From contig CM075990.1 in NCBI GenBank assembly GCA_038087875.1, positions 12,774,001 to 12,838,000 of the forward strand: a stretch of DNA of 64,000 bases, read 5' to 3'. The notes below the pieces were generated by a model. That model saw nothing but the letters and a program-made list of their open reading frames with translations, searched no databases and was not told the DNA's origin. Positions 24,779-36,476 of the stretch are shown here, piece by piece. The stretch's first letter is position 1. Every line of letters starts with the position of its first letter. The stretch is from Malacoraja senta. Taxonomy: Eukaryota. A program made the position numbers and the translations under genes.

Positions 24779-27355
24779 GACAAGAGCTGGAGCACGAGGG
24801 CGGGTCGGTGGCGGGACGTCCGCCTGATGGACGGGCGCTGTCACCAATCATCAACAGGCCCGCCCACTCATCTGCCGCACTGGGCCAATAGTGATGGAGA
24901 GGGCGGGACATCCGCCTGATGGACGGGGACTATAACCAATCAACAACGGAGGCTCCACCGCCGCTGCCAGATCTGGCCAATAGAAATGGAGGGGCGGGAC
25001 AGGTCCCTGACTGACGGGTGTTCTCGCCAATCAGCAGCTGAAGCTCCCCTCCCGCCCTGGCCAATAGTCATTGAGAGGGCGGGATCTTGCCTGATGGACG
25101 GGCGCGTTAACCAATCAGCAACGGAGCCTGGACCATCGCTGTGGAGAGGGCGGGACAATGTACAGACAATGAACAACCGGTCCCGGATGACGAGGGCTGA
25201 CCGCTGTGTGACAGCGCGGCTCACCAATGGGTGGAGAGAAGGAAGCCAAACAATGGCAGGTCTCAGCCTATCGCAGGCGGCGGGGGGCGGGAGCAGCGCT
25301 GATTCTGCAACAATTCAAACCAGCATCTGCAATTCCTTCCTATTCACTGAATACATTGATGTTGCCACGTCCCATCTGCCAAATATTTCACAAGTTACCA
25401 TGGGCTTTACCTGCATTCGCCTCCCCTTCAGTTTTTTTTGCAAAATCCAGTTTGCATTGCTGGCGTATGCAGAGATCGAACCCAGCGTTCGGAAGCCGCG
25501 GTCATGTGACTCTGGAGGGGCCGCTTGTTTCGCGCGGTTTTTGCTTGCGCGCGTTAGTTCAGCGCTGACCACCGTTGTGGGCAGACGTGTCTAAAGAACC
25601 TGTATATTGGAAATCGAACTTTTGAATAAAGATCTGTTGGAAACCCCAGTTGTCGTTCTTCAGACCGCCAAAGTATCTGTTTTCCTTCATTGTTTTTGTC
25701 CCTTTCCCGATTAACTAATAATAATAGACACAAAATGCTGGGGTAACAGCGGGACAGACGGCATCTCTTGATCATCTTTACATTTCACATGTCTTTCATT
25801 CATTTGTTCTATATCTATATATACAGTACCACCGTCTTTGTCTCTCGTTCCCCTTTCTCCTGACTCTCAGTCTGAAGAGGGGTCTCAACCCGAAACGTCT
25901 CCAAACCTGTCCTATCCAGCTTCTTGTGTCTGTTAGACTGGGATGGCAGATTCACACCAACTTGGATGTGCAGTTGATTGATTGGCTTCCTCCTGAGAAT
26001 TGAGAAAAAGCTTTTGTTTCATATTTTTAACACATGCAGCTTTCTGCATTGCAATGAATGAGAAAACTTGCTTGCAGCAGATTTCAATAAACTCACTGTT
26101 CTCTATTGTTTAATACCATAAGTTGCATCACAACTCAATTTCATAAAGGTTAAAAGCATTCCTGAACAATTTGAATGCTTGTATTAATCAAGAAATATTT
26201 GACAGTACACTCAATCAACTTGCATTTATTTCTTTGTGTATTGTATCAGTTTATCATTGTCATATTGTTATCTGGTGATATGCTGTGTTATCAAGCACCA
26301 GGGCTCATAAAAAGATTGTTGAGTAGGTGAACAAAAGCAGAATGAAAAGGTATATTTCAAGGAATATTTCAAATGAGAAAGGGAAGTGGAGAGATTTAGA
26401 GAGGGAAATTTAGAGCTAGGGTCCAGATAGGTGAAAACATGGCTGCTAATAATGGTGTCGTAAAAAAAATAGATTTGTGAAAGAGGTTGAAGGAGGGGCA
26501 GAGATCTCAGAGAATTGTAGACTGGAAGATGGAAAGGGACAAGGCTATTGAGAAATCTGAAAAGAATGAGATTTAATTTGCTGGACTAGGTAAATCAGAA
26601 AACGCAAAGATGACGGGTGAAAGAGATTTTGTGCAAAAAAGGGTACATACAAGAGTTCTGAGAAGATCCAGTTCCAGGAGGGGGCAGGGGCATTTTGGAA
26701 TACTGAGGTTAAAGGAAGCAAAAGCATGCGTAACAGTTTGATGGTGCAGAGATGGGAGACATGAAGGGATGAAACCAGGCAGTCTGTTGAGGAGGATATT
26801 GGCTGGGAATCTCAACTCTCGGTGACACATGACAACAAACTGATAGCAAATCCCAGATCAATTTCAGACACTTGCCTTGGTGGGCAATAGCGTCATTGGA
26901 ATTTGTGACATGACCAATGAAAGCTTTGGTCTTCACAATATTTAATTGGTGACAGTCTAGTTCATCTCCCGGGGTCAAGGAAAGAGCGTTCACGTCGCCA
27001 CCCTGTTTCCACCAATCTTTCCACCACCACGCACAAGAAGCACAAGAAGCGCAAGACAGACACCATTGTACGCAAATACCGAGAAGTGTGTTCAGCTCTG
27101 GCTGAACAACTTCTGATGTTGTGACGTGGACTCGATAAGAAGTTGTTCATTTCCCATCGAGTGCCAGCAAAGCAGCACAATCAATCAAACTGGGGAGGAG
27201 TTTATAACACCGAAGCTGAGAGAGCTGGTCTCCAACAACACAGGAAGAGAAGCCTTGGGGTAGTAGCTTTGGGTGAGGAGGAAGAAGAACGAAACTAAGC
27301 AAAGACATTCACATTACAGCTATAAAATGATGGAAAAGCATTGAAGGAGGACGGT

Positions 27356-27719
27356 CATAGAGTCACAGAGTGATACAGTGTGGAAACAGGCCCTTTGGCC
27401 CAACTTACCCACACCAGCCAACATGTCCCAGCTACATTAGTCCCACCTGCCCGCGTTTGGTCTATATCCCTCCAAACCTGTCCTATCCATGTACCTATCT
27501 AACTGTTTCTTAAACGTTGGGACAGTCCCTGTCTCAACTACCTCCTCTGGCAGCTCGTTCCATACACCCACCACCCTTTGTGTGAAAAAGTTACTCCTCA
27601 GATTCCTATTAAATCTTTTCCCCTTCACCTTAAACCTATGTCCTCTGGTCATCGGTTCACCCACTCTGGGCAAGAGGCTCGGTGCATCTACCTGATCTAT
27701 TCCTCTCATGATTCTATAT
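27356..27719 (-). mobile_element. CR1 LINE 3' fragment with TSD ACGGT
   Basis: TRGHRFKVKG...FFTQRVVGVWNELP; ACGGT at 27351-27355 and 27720-27724. Confidence 0.88.
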
Positions 27720-28204
27720 ACGGTGTGAGCAAATAAAGTCTGAAGACAAATCAAGATGCAATACCATGAAAGTTGAACTGCAGGCCAATCCTTGTGATTC
27801 TGATATAACGGCATTTTTTATATCAGAACGTATTCAGAACAAAATGGCTAACGGCTACTACAAATCCGACTTAACTTATCTTTCCAAACTTGTCACTTCC
27901 TTATGTTTTATGTTTATTTACCTTTTAAAAAAGCGTATTCCTACTTCTTGTGTGTAATATATAATTTCACTCCGTGGCACTGCATTGAAACTGCCATCAC
28001 TAACCACAAAACATCACCTGGTTAAACACAAATAGAGCAGAAGTTCCTCAATACACGAAGGTGATTCTGGATTCTCATGACCAAAGTGCTGGAGTAACTC
28101 AGCGGGTCAGCCAGCATCTCTGGAGAACATGGATAAGTGACGTTTTGGGTCGAGACCATTCTCCAAATGTTTTGTCCGAGACCCGTTGATTATAATAGCA
28201 TAGG

Positions 28205-28650
28205 AAAAATACAAACATAGAAAATAGGTGCAGGAGTAGGCCTTTCGGCCCTTCGAGCAAGCACCGCCATTCAATATGATCATGGCTGATCATCCAAAAT
28301 CAGTACCCCGTTCCTGCTTTCTCCCCATATCCCTAGATTCAGTTAGCCCGAAGAGCTATCTCCAAATCTCTCTTGAAAACATCCTGTGAATAGGCCTCCA
28401 CTGTCTTATGTGGCAGAGAATTCCACAGATTCACGATTCTAGGTGAAAAAGTTTTTCCTCATCTCAGTCCTAAATGGCCTATCCCTTATTCTTAAACTGT
28501 GACCCCTGGTTCTGGACTCCCCCAACATGGGGAACATTTTTCCTGCATCTAGCCTATCCAATCCCTTAACAATTTTTTATGTTTCTATAAGATCCCCTCT
28601 CATTCTTCTAAATTCCAGTGAATACAAGCCCAGTCGACCCATTCTTTCAT
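28205..28650 (-). mobile_element. CR1 LINE 3' fragment
   Basis: Reverse complement of the same CR1 3' end seen at about 10880-11320. Confidence 0.85.
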
Positions 28651-29189
28651 TGGAAAGGCATTGGGGGACACATGCCTAATGTGGGCAAAGGGGATTAATG
28701 AATGAATGAATGAATGAATACGTTTATTGGCCAAGTATGTACACATACAAGGAATTTGCCTTGGTGCTCCGTTCGCAAGTAACAACACGACATACAGTAA
28801 ACCATTAAGAATAAAACATTAAAACATTAGGAATAAAACATTATAGTTTAAACATGTGAATGAAATAAAACACCAGAGCAAAAGGGTACATATAACATGG
28901 ATAGACATCGCAGTGTGCATGCTTAAGGTGAGCTGAAAGGGACATGTTTCTGTGCTGTCCAATTTTACAATGAGAGCAGGAGAATCACACTGCAGATGTA
29001 GGCTACAGTGCCACACACAGGCAGCAGTCCGGCATCATCACAATATCTGCATGAACATCAAAAACAAATTGCTGGAAGTACTCAGCAGGTCAGACAGCAT
29101 TTGTGGAGGCAGAGGGATGATTGACGTTTTGAGGTAAGACCTTGCCTTAGAGCTCATGAGAATTATCATCTGAATGAGGTAATACAACA

Positions 29190-29481
29190 CAGCAGTAGAG
29201 TTGCTGCCTTACAGGATCAGAGACCCAGGTTCGATCCTGACGATGGGTACCGTCTGTGTGGAGTTTGTACCTTCTCCCTGTGACCGCGTGGGATTTCTCT
29301 GGGTGCTCTGGTTTCCTCCCACATTCCAAAGACGTACAGGTTTGTAGGTTAATTGGCTTTGGTAAAAATTGTAAATTGTCTCTAGTGTGTAGAATAGTGC
29401 TAGGGTTCGGGGTGATCGCTGGTCGGCGCAGACTCAGTGGGCTGAAGGGCCAGTTTCCACGCTGTATCGCTAAAGTCTAAA
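29190..29481 (+). mobile_element. tRNA-derived V-SINE (HE1-like)
   Basis: Box B GGTTCGATCC, V-domain GGTTTCCTCCCAC..CCAAAGAC, CR1-like tail. Confidence 0.85.
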
Positions 29482-30243
29482 TATTACAAATTACTTTAAT
29501 TGTGTTTTTGATCTAAAGCCACAGCAAGTACGCCATCCCTTTCAGAAGCATATGGTGATGATGGAGGCCATTTGGCCCATTGTATTTCTGCCAGCCAAAC
29601 AATATTCTGCTTCCCAGCTCCTGGTCTTGTGCATTGCAGCTTGAGGTTTTTCAAGTGCATGTCCAGGAACGTTTAAATGCAAGGGGGCTCAGTCACACTT
29701 GGGTCAGTTTTCCTGATGGAACATTAATCTGATATGTCACCTAACCATGTCCCAAAAACCAATGTAGTTACTACATTTGGTTTGTGCAGCTGAGGAATAA
29801 ATACCAAAGATAAACACAAAATGCTGGACTAACTCAGCTGGACGGGCAGAATCTCTGGAGAGAAGGAATGGGTGACATTTTGGGTCGAGACCCTTCTTCA
29901 GACTTCTCTCCAGAGATGCTGTTACTCCAGCATTTTGTGGCTATCTTCGGTGTCAACCAGCATCTGCAGTTCCTTCCTATGAATAAACTGGCGGAGTAGT
30001 CTTGATGGGCCGAATGGCCTAATTCTACTTCTGTCACTTTTGATCTCTAAATACCAACCTGGGCAGGGATAACTCTTCATTTTGCATTAAATAATGCCAT
30101 GGAATGTATTCTTATCCACCTAAACAGACGGGCACTATCCCAATACAATGACATGCTTGAAGGGCTTTATCTCCTAAAATGCAGCATTCCTTCACCGCCA
30201 GCCTGCACTGTGTGCTCAAGGCTTGTACTGTCTTGTTATAACA

Positions 30244-30548
30244 CTACAGCACACTTAAGGATAAGGGGAAATCCTTTAATACCGAGATGAGAAAAAACGT
30301 TTTCACACAGAGAGTGGTGAATCTCTGGAACTCTCTGCCACAGAGGGTAGTTGAGGCCAGTTCATTGGCTATATTTAAGAGGGAGTTAGATGTGGCCCTT
30401 GTGGCTAAAGGGATCAGGGGATATGGAGAGAAGGCAGGTACAGTATACTGAGTTGGATGATCAGCCATGATCATATTGAATGGCGGTGCAGGCTCGAAGG
30501 GCCGAATGGCCTACTCCTGCACCTATTTTCTATGTATCTATGTATCTA
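30244..30548 (+). mobile_element. Young CR1 3' fragment, near-identical to 38765-39070
   Basis: Direct comparison; (CTATGTAT)n tail. Confidence 0.88.
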
Positions 30549-31152
30549 AACAGGCCACTGGTCCCAAATGGGCACTTTAAGATGCACAAGATAAAGAGGC
30601 AAAAGGGCTCTCCATGAACCTCAGGATGTTCCAACCTCTACAACTGGTTTGGAGCACTTCCTCATTCATGGGCAAGTCAGAAGCAAGTTATTTGTGTTGA
30701 TATTGCCTACCTGTTTTATGTCTTTGCTTTTTAATTCCTTCACTGTCCAACATTATGTAAATTCCTTTCTTTAGACTTTAACTTTAGACTTTAGAGATAC
30801 ATCTTTCATCTTTTGACCTCAAAACAGACCATTTTAACGAATTATGTTTCTCTAATATGGCATGTTAGGTTTAGTCTGTGCTCTGTTAAGGGTGCACGTT
30901 TTAACACTGAGAAATGTGTAGTTGTGTCTTTGGGAACTGTTTCTCCTAGCTTCCTGTTTTATTCCGATGACCCAATTCCTTCTGTCCAGAGATGCTGCCT
31001 GTCCAGCTGCGTTACTCCAGCATTTTGTGTCTATCTTCGGTGTAAACTAGCATCTGCAGTTCCTTCCTACACATTGTTCGCTAAATGGGTCTCTGTATAT
31101 CAAAATACTGGAACATTTGGTTATGTACAGTATGGTTATTGACATCGACAGG

Positions 31153-31363
31153 TTTATTGTATTTTGTTAGATAGTAAGTTGATTGGGAGACCCGTTATGT
31201 CAGACGTGAAACAATCTCATTTGCAGCAAGCAACACATCATCTAGTTTAGTACAAACAGCAAACAGATATCACAGGCTGGGTTTACTTCACAGCAGATTA
31301 TTTCATCGAAGCTTATAACAGAATCCAGTGCAGAGTCTCTGAGTTTTAGTCAAACTATTTATT
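31153..31363 (-). terminator. Candidate polyadenylation signals for the SEC24-like gene
   Basis: AATAAA on the minus strand at 31363-31358 and 31158-31153, in unique sequence beyond the 3' insertion. Confidence 0.4.
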
Positions 31364-32034
31364 CAGTAAACCACAATGAACTTCTAAGAAACCTGATAAG
31401 ACTGAATGAGCAGCAAATATTCCACATGTAAGGGTGAGGGTTCCATACTTGACATCTTCTGCCATCCTTATTTCATTCACTTAGCTATCCATTCAGTTGA
31501 AGATTAAATAGGTTTTATACACAAATCTGAAAAAAACTTCTTGCATATATACTTAAAGTGTTTTCTACTTGATTTCAAAGGCTCCATGATTAAAATACAA
31601 TCCACGAGCTTCAAACAAAAAAATAAAGAAATTAGAGTTTTGGAGTCTTTGTGCCTTCAGCGGCCAGCCAGAGGTGAACCAGTCATCACTGGAGCCATTG
31701 AGGAGATTGCTTTCATACCTTGTTCAAGAAGGAACTGCAGATGCTGGAAAATCGAAGGTAGACAAAAGTGCTGGAGAAACTCAGCGGGTGCGGCAGCATC
31801 TATGGAGCGAGGGAAATATGCAATGTTTCGGGCCGAAACCCTTCTTCAGACTGATGTAGGGTGGGAAGAAGAAAGGAAGAGGAGGAGCCAGAGGGCTGAG
31901 GGAGAGCTGTGAAGGGGAGGAATCCGACCTTACTGTTCTGGGCCTCCTCCATGGCCAGAGTGAACACCACCGGAAATTGGAGGAGCAGCACCTCATATTC
32001 CGCTTGGGCAGTTTACACCCCAACGGCATGAACA

Positions 32035-33416
32035 ATAGACAATAGACAATAGACAATAGGTGCAGGAGTAGGCCATTCAGCCCTTCGAGCCAGCATCGCC
32101 ATTTAATGTGATCAGGCTGATCATCCCCAATCAGTACCCCGATCCTGCCTTCTCCCCATATCCCCTGACTATTTTTAAGAGCCCTATCTAGCTCTTTCTT
32201 GAAAGCATCCAGAGAACCTGCCTCCACCCCCCTCTGAGGCAGTGAATTCCACAGACTCACAACTCTCTGTGAGAAAAGGGTTTCCTCATCTCCGTTCTAA
32301 ATGGCTTACTCCTTATTCTTAAACTGTGGCCCCTGGTTCTGGACTCCCCCAACATCGGGAACATGTTTCCAGCCTCTAGCGTGTACAAACCCTTAACAAT
32401 CTTATACGTTTCAATGAGATCCCCTCTCATCCTTTTAAACCCCAGAGTGTACAAGCCCAGCCGCTCCATTCTCTCAGCATATGACAGTCCCACCATCCCT
32501 GGAATCAACCTTGTAAACCTACGCTGCACTCCCTCAATAGCAAGAAGGTCCTTCCTCAAATTAGGGGACCAAAACTGCACACAATACTCCAGGTCGGAAT
32601 GGTACCATTCGGCGCCGCCGTTTCGGGGTGTTAGGGTTAGGGTTAGGGTTAGGGTTCTGATGAGTACAAATATTATAAACGGAGGCGCCGAAACGGCAGG
32701 GCCGAAAAGTACCCGACCCACTCCAGGTGTGGTCTCACTCACTAGGGCTCTGTACCTGCAGAAGGACCTCTTTGCTCCTATATTCGACTCCTCTTGTTAT
32801 AAAAGCCAACATGCCATTCGCTTTCTACACTGCCTGCAATACCTGCATGCTTACTTTCATAGACTGATGAACAAGAACCCCCAGATCCCGTTGTACTTCC
32901 CCTTTTCCCAACTTGACACCATTTAGATAGTAATCTGCCTTCCTGTTTTTGATACCAAAGTGGATAACCTCACATTTATCTGCATTAAACTTCATCTGCC
33001 ATGCATCAGCCCACTCCCCTAACCTGTCCAAGTCACCCTGCATTCTCATAGCATCCTCGTCACAGTTCACACTGCCACCCAGCTTTGTGTCATCTGTAAA
33101 TTTGCGAATGTTACTTTGAATCCCTTCATCCAAATCATTGATGTATATTGTAAATAGCTACGGTCCCAGCACTGAGCCTTGCAGTACCACACTAGTCACT
33201 GCCTGCCATTCTGAAAGGGACCCGTTCATCCCTACTCTTTGTTTCCTGTCTGCCAACCAATTTTCTACCCATGTCAGCACTCTACCCCCAATACCATGTG
33301 CCCTAATTTTGCCCACTAATCTCCTATGTGGGACCATATCAAATGCTTTCTGAAAGTCCAGGTACACTACATCCACTGGCTCTCCCTTGTCCATTTTCCT
33401 AGTTACATCTTCAAAA
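32035..33416 (-). mobile_element. CR1 LINE 3' part (RT) nested in the Penelope-like element
   Basis: VDVVYLDFQKAFD, FTDDTKLGG, YCVQFWSP; (CTATTGT)n tail; the host PLE sequence CATGAACATTGAC is split at AACA. Confidence 0.92.
32592..32719. mobile_element. Small MITE-like insertion carrying (TTAGGG)4
   Basis: TSD ACTCCA at 32586-32591 and 32720-32725; imperfect TIRs GGTCGG.../...CCGACC. Confidence 0.8.
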
Positions 33417-33529
33417 AACATTGACTTAATTTCCGGTAATCCTTATTGGCTCCTCCCCTTCTCAGCTCTCCCTCAGCCCTCTGACTCCTCCTCTTCCTTT
33501 CTTCTTCCCCCCCCTACCCACCCTACATC

Positions 33530-33563
33530 AGTCTGAAGAAGGGTTTCGGCCCGAAACGTTGCC
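33530..33563 (+). ncRNA. Minimal type-I hammerhead ribozyme motif in a Penelope terminal repeat (representative copy)
   Basis: AGT-CTGAAGA-AGGGTTTCGGCCC-GAAA-CGTTGCC: CUGANGA core, stem II, GAAA, palindromic ACGT. Confidence 0.75.
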
Positions 33564-33632
33564 TATTTCCGTCGCTCCATAGATGCTGCCGCACCCGCTG
33601 AGTTTCTCCAGCACTTTTGTCTACCTTTGCTT

Positions 33633-33741
33633 TCATACCTGCTCCTTCAGGTGAAGCAGAAATTCATAGTAGGACATTGCTGATTCAGTGCGGTCATTGA
33701 TCAGATGCTGGATGAATATGGACCGTGAAGTACTGTCATCC
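33633..33741 (-). CDS. SEC24A/B-like last coding exon (DDSTSRSIFIQHLINDRTESAMSYYEFLLHLKEQV*)
   Basis: Conserved DRTE..SYYEFLLH C-terminus; TGA at 33635-33633. Confidence 0.96.
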
Positions 33742-34866
33742 CTGTCGAAGAAAGGCCGGCAGAATTAATCCATGGCATTGCTTAACTATTCCTGAATTGT
33801 CAAACACTCCAATATCTGGTCGTCAACATCACAGGGTGAAGCAGACAGTATTATTATCACTTACAGTACACGAGGCAACAGATATTTTGATGTTAAAATC
33901 ACCGTAGAAATGCATGGTTTGTTGAATTTCGGCTCATTTGTGCTTCTGCTGATGCTGTGACAGAGTTCGGGACGGCCATTCTCATGCTCTTTTCCCACAT
34001 TTCCTTTAAACTTATTCTTACACTTTACAATGAAATCTGCTTTCAGCACGTGAGGAGGGCACGGCCGTTTACCAACTAAAAGAAAATTCTCACCTCCTCT
34101 TTGCTTCTTTTACCTTTCATCACAAACCTGTGACCTTTGGTCCCTATACTCCAACCATTAGAAGTAGTTTGTCCTTATTTACTCTGTGAACAATTTCATA
34201 GTTTTAAACACTTCCCACCGATTGCCCCTTCAAGGGAACAAAGCATGCTTGCCAGTCTTTCAACATACAATGTAAAGAGACACTATTTGTCCTCTGTCTA
34301 TCCCTTGCACTTATCGCACGTACATTGTAGCTGCCATACACTGAAGTTGATAACACTGACATTTCTAATGCAACCTTATATATTACAGTATTTCCCATTG
34401 ATAACTGATGATGCCACCTAATTTGCAGTGGAGATTGTAGTAATTTTCCCAACTGAATGTTTATAATCCCTTTCCAACCTACTTCACCTCATTTCATCAG
34501 CGCCATATCCTGTTCTAACTCTTGTGCTTCCCCAAAAGTGTATTCAAGAAGAAGAAATGTAAAAGTAAGATTATTTTCTGAAGAAGGGTCGCGACCCAAA
34601 AGGCCACCTATCCTTTTTTCTCAGAGATGCTGCCTGACCCTGAAGATGTGCCTATCTTCGGTGTAAACCAGCATCTGTAGTTGCTTCCTACAATCATTGT
34701 AACATAACTGAGGTTCCTCATTACTGCAATCATATTGGTAGACTCCTCTGCATCCTCCACAAGGCTTTGACCTCCCCAAAGTGCTCCAGAATTACATATT
34801 AAAGCCTGAATGGGGCCGATAAAGAATGCATTTAATTTCCTTGCTTTTGTTCTCTATAAAGCCTAA

Positions 34867-35196
34867 TAGTCCTGTCCCACGGTACGAGTTCATTCCAAGA
34901 GCTCTCCCGAGTTTTAAAAAAATCAATCTCGTGGTAAACATGGAGAATGAACGTAGCGGGTACGTCGGAGCTTGGGGACGTCTCTTAGCGACTCATAACG
35001 CTCACGGCAGGTAATCGGGAAGACTCGCTAACGGCAGGTAAGCTCGGGAAGACTCGTGAAGATTTTTCAACATGTTGAAAAATGTCCATGAGAGCCCCGA
35101 GTACCGATGAGTGGCCATTACCGTAAATCTCCGAGTTCAAATCAGGGCAAACTCGGGAGAGCTCTTGGAATGAACTCGTACAGTGGGACAGGGCTT
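34867..35196. mobile_element. PIF/Harbinger-type MITE
   Basis: About 47-bp TIRs (CCTGTCCCAC.GTACGAGTTCATTCCAAGAGCTCTCCCGAGTTT); TAA TSD; internal palindrome ATTTTTCAACATGTTGAAAAAT. Confidence 0.88.
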
Positions 35197-36476
35197 TAAG
35201 ATTCATATGATCTTTGTACCAACTTGGCTTGATCACATTGTATCTGTTAGATACCAAACTTCATTGTTACTGCACCCTGGTTAAAACGGTACCATTTATT
35301 TTATAATTGCCTCTTCATGCAATGTATCACATTTCTCTGCATTATGTTCAAGATGCTGAATTACCCGTCTCTATCCTGCTGAAGTCTCTTACTATTTGCC
35401 TCACTGTTTAGCTACCAAGATTAGCTAACACTGGTGCAAAAAGACCTAAGGTTTGGTCATCCAGTGTGTGCATCACATTACATCTGTTGCTGTAAGGCTT
35501 TAGAACAGGGCAAGCCTTGTGAGCAGGCACACGTACGTACATACACACAGACACAACGCTGCACTGTCACTCTTGCTCAGAAAGATGTAAAAGATACCAA
35601 CACACCATTAAATGTACCAACAGGGAATTCTCTCTCTATGTCCAGGCCAAAGCTGATTTATTTGCCAACACGCAAAGAGATGATTCTGCTCCACTATTAT
35701 CATTTCATTTATTGGGAACTTGCCATCAACGAGGGGATCCTAAATGTATTGAATTACATTGAATTGGCAGCAAGGGAAGAAACCATGGAGGCCACCCAGT
35801 TTGTGCAAATATGTATGACCTGTTGGAATCTCCTCTCATCCTGTCAGTAAACCTTTTCCCATTCCTTCTCTCCAGACATGCTGCCTGTCCTGCTTAGTTG
35901 CTCCAGCATTTTGTGTCTATCTTCGGTGTAAACCAGCATCTGCAGTCCCTTCCTGCACTAAACATTTTCCGTGCTTGCTCAGTTATCCAAGTTATTCTTC
36001 AATACTTTTTTGTCTCAATCAATCAATGTAAGAGCATATCTGTACCGAATATATTGCGGATAATCTTATACTAAAGCCCCGAATGGTGTGAAGGGCCGGA
36101 CACAGACTGACTATGAGTACTGTAGATTTGCCACAGGGCAGCACTGAACCTTCAGTTACTACAGGTCATTCACTCTCACCCACAGTGAGTGAACTTTAAA
36201 ACATTGCCAGGAATTGCTCCCAGATGTCTTTTAGTGGAAGCATTTAAAGTGTATTCTGAGCAGAAGCATTCAGCTACATGATCATAAGACCAAAATCTAT
36301 GGGCTGCAGGTCAAAGACTCAATCAATCAATCTTCCCACAGAGAGATTCAAGTAGAATGCCAACAAATGAAGGTTTTTCCAAAGTGCAGGATGAATTCCT
36401 GTAAATTAGCATCATATGTCATCCAACGCCATATTTTATAGCCCAATAATTTGGACGATTGCAGGAATGTGTCATT

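Larger units (their letters stand above)
24370..25600. promoter_or_regulatory. CpG-island promoter of the hnRNP gene with multiple CCAAT (NF-Y) and GC (Sp/KLF) boxes
   Basis: High GC/CpG against an AT-rich background. CCAAT at 24844, 24885, 24936, 24977, 25027, 25061, 25111, 25224; GGGCGGG at 24798, 24901, 24992, 25077, 25148. Confidence 0.9.
31721..33626. mobile_element. Composite insertion: Penelope-like element with inverted termini, containing a CR1 fragment that contains a MITE
   Basis: 14-bp TSD TTGCTTTCATACCT at 31707-31720 and 33627-33640; inverted terminal copies at about 31757-31910 and 33463-33626. Confidence 0.9.

Noticed and set aside
24798..25160. CRISPR-like repeat-spacer array
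   Set aside because: Eukaryotic context, degenerate units made of transcription-factor boxes, and no cas genes.
24986..25594. 202-aa plus-strand ORF, or a head-to-head ENOPH1 as beside human HNRNPDL
   Set aside because: The ORF translates the GC-rich promoter repeats; no ENOPH1-like peptide was found.
27330..27957. Possible decayed plus-strand ORF rejoined across the CR1 insertion (WKSIEGGRCEQ...IPTSCV)
   Set aside because: No recognisable homology, start codon context or splice structure.
32625..32656. Telomere or chromosome-fusion site
   Set aside because: Only four units in one orientation, enclosed in a TSD-flanked small element.
33627..33641. TGA as selenocysteine (EQV*K aligns with the recalled SEC24B end QICK)
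   Set aside because: No convincing SECIS seen: the ATGA...TGA candidate near 31650-31690 lacks the apical AA and a good helix. A simple nonsense change trimming two residues is more parsimonious.
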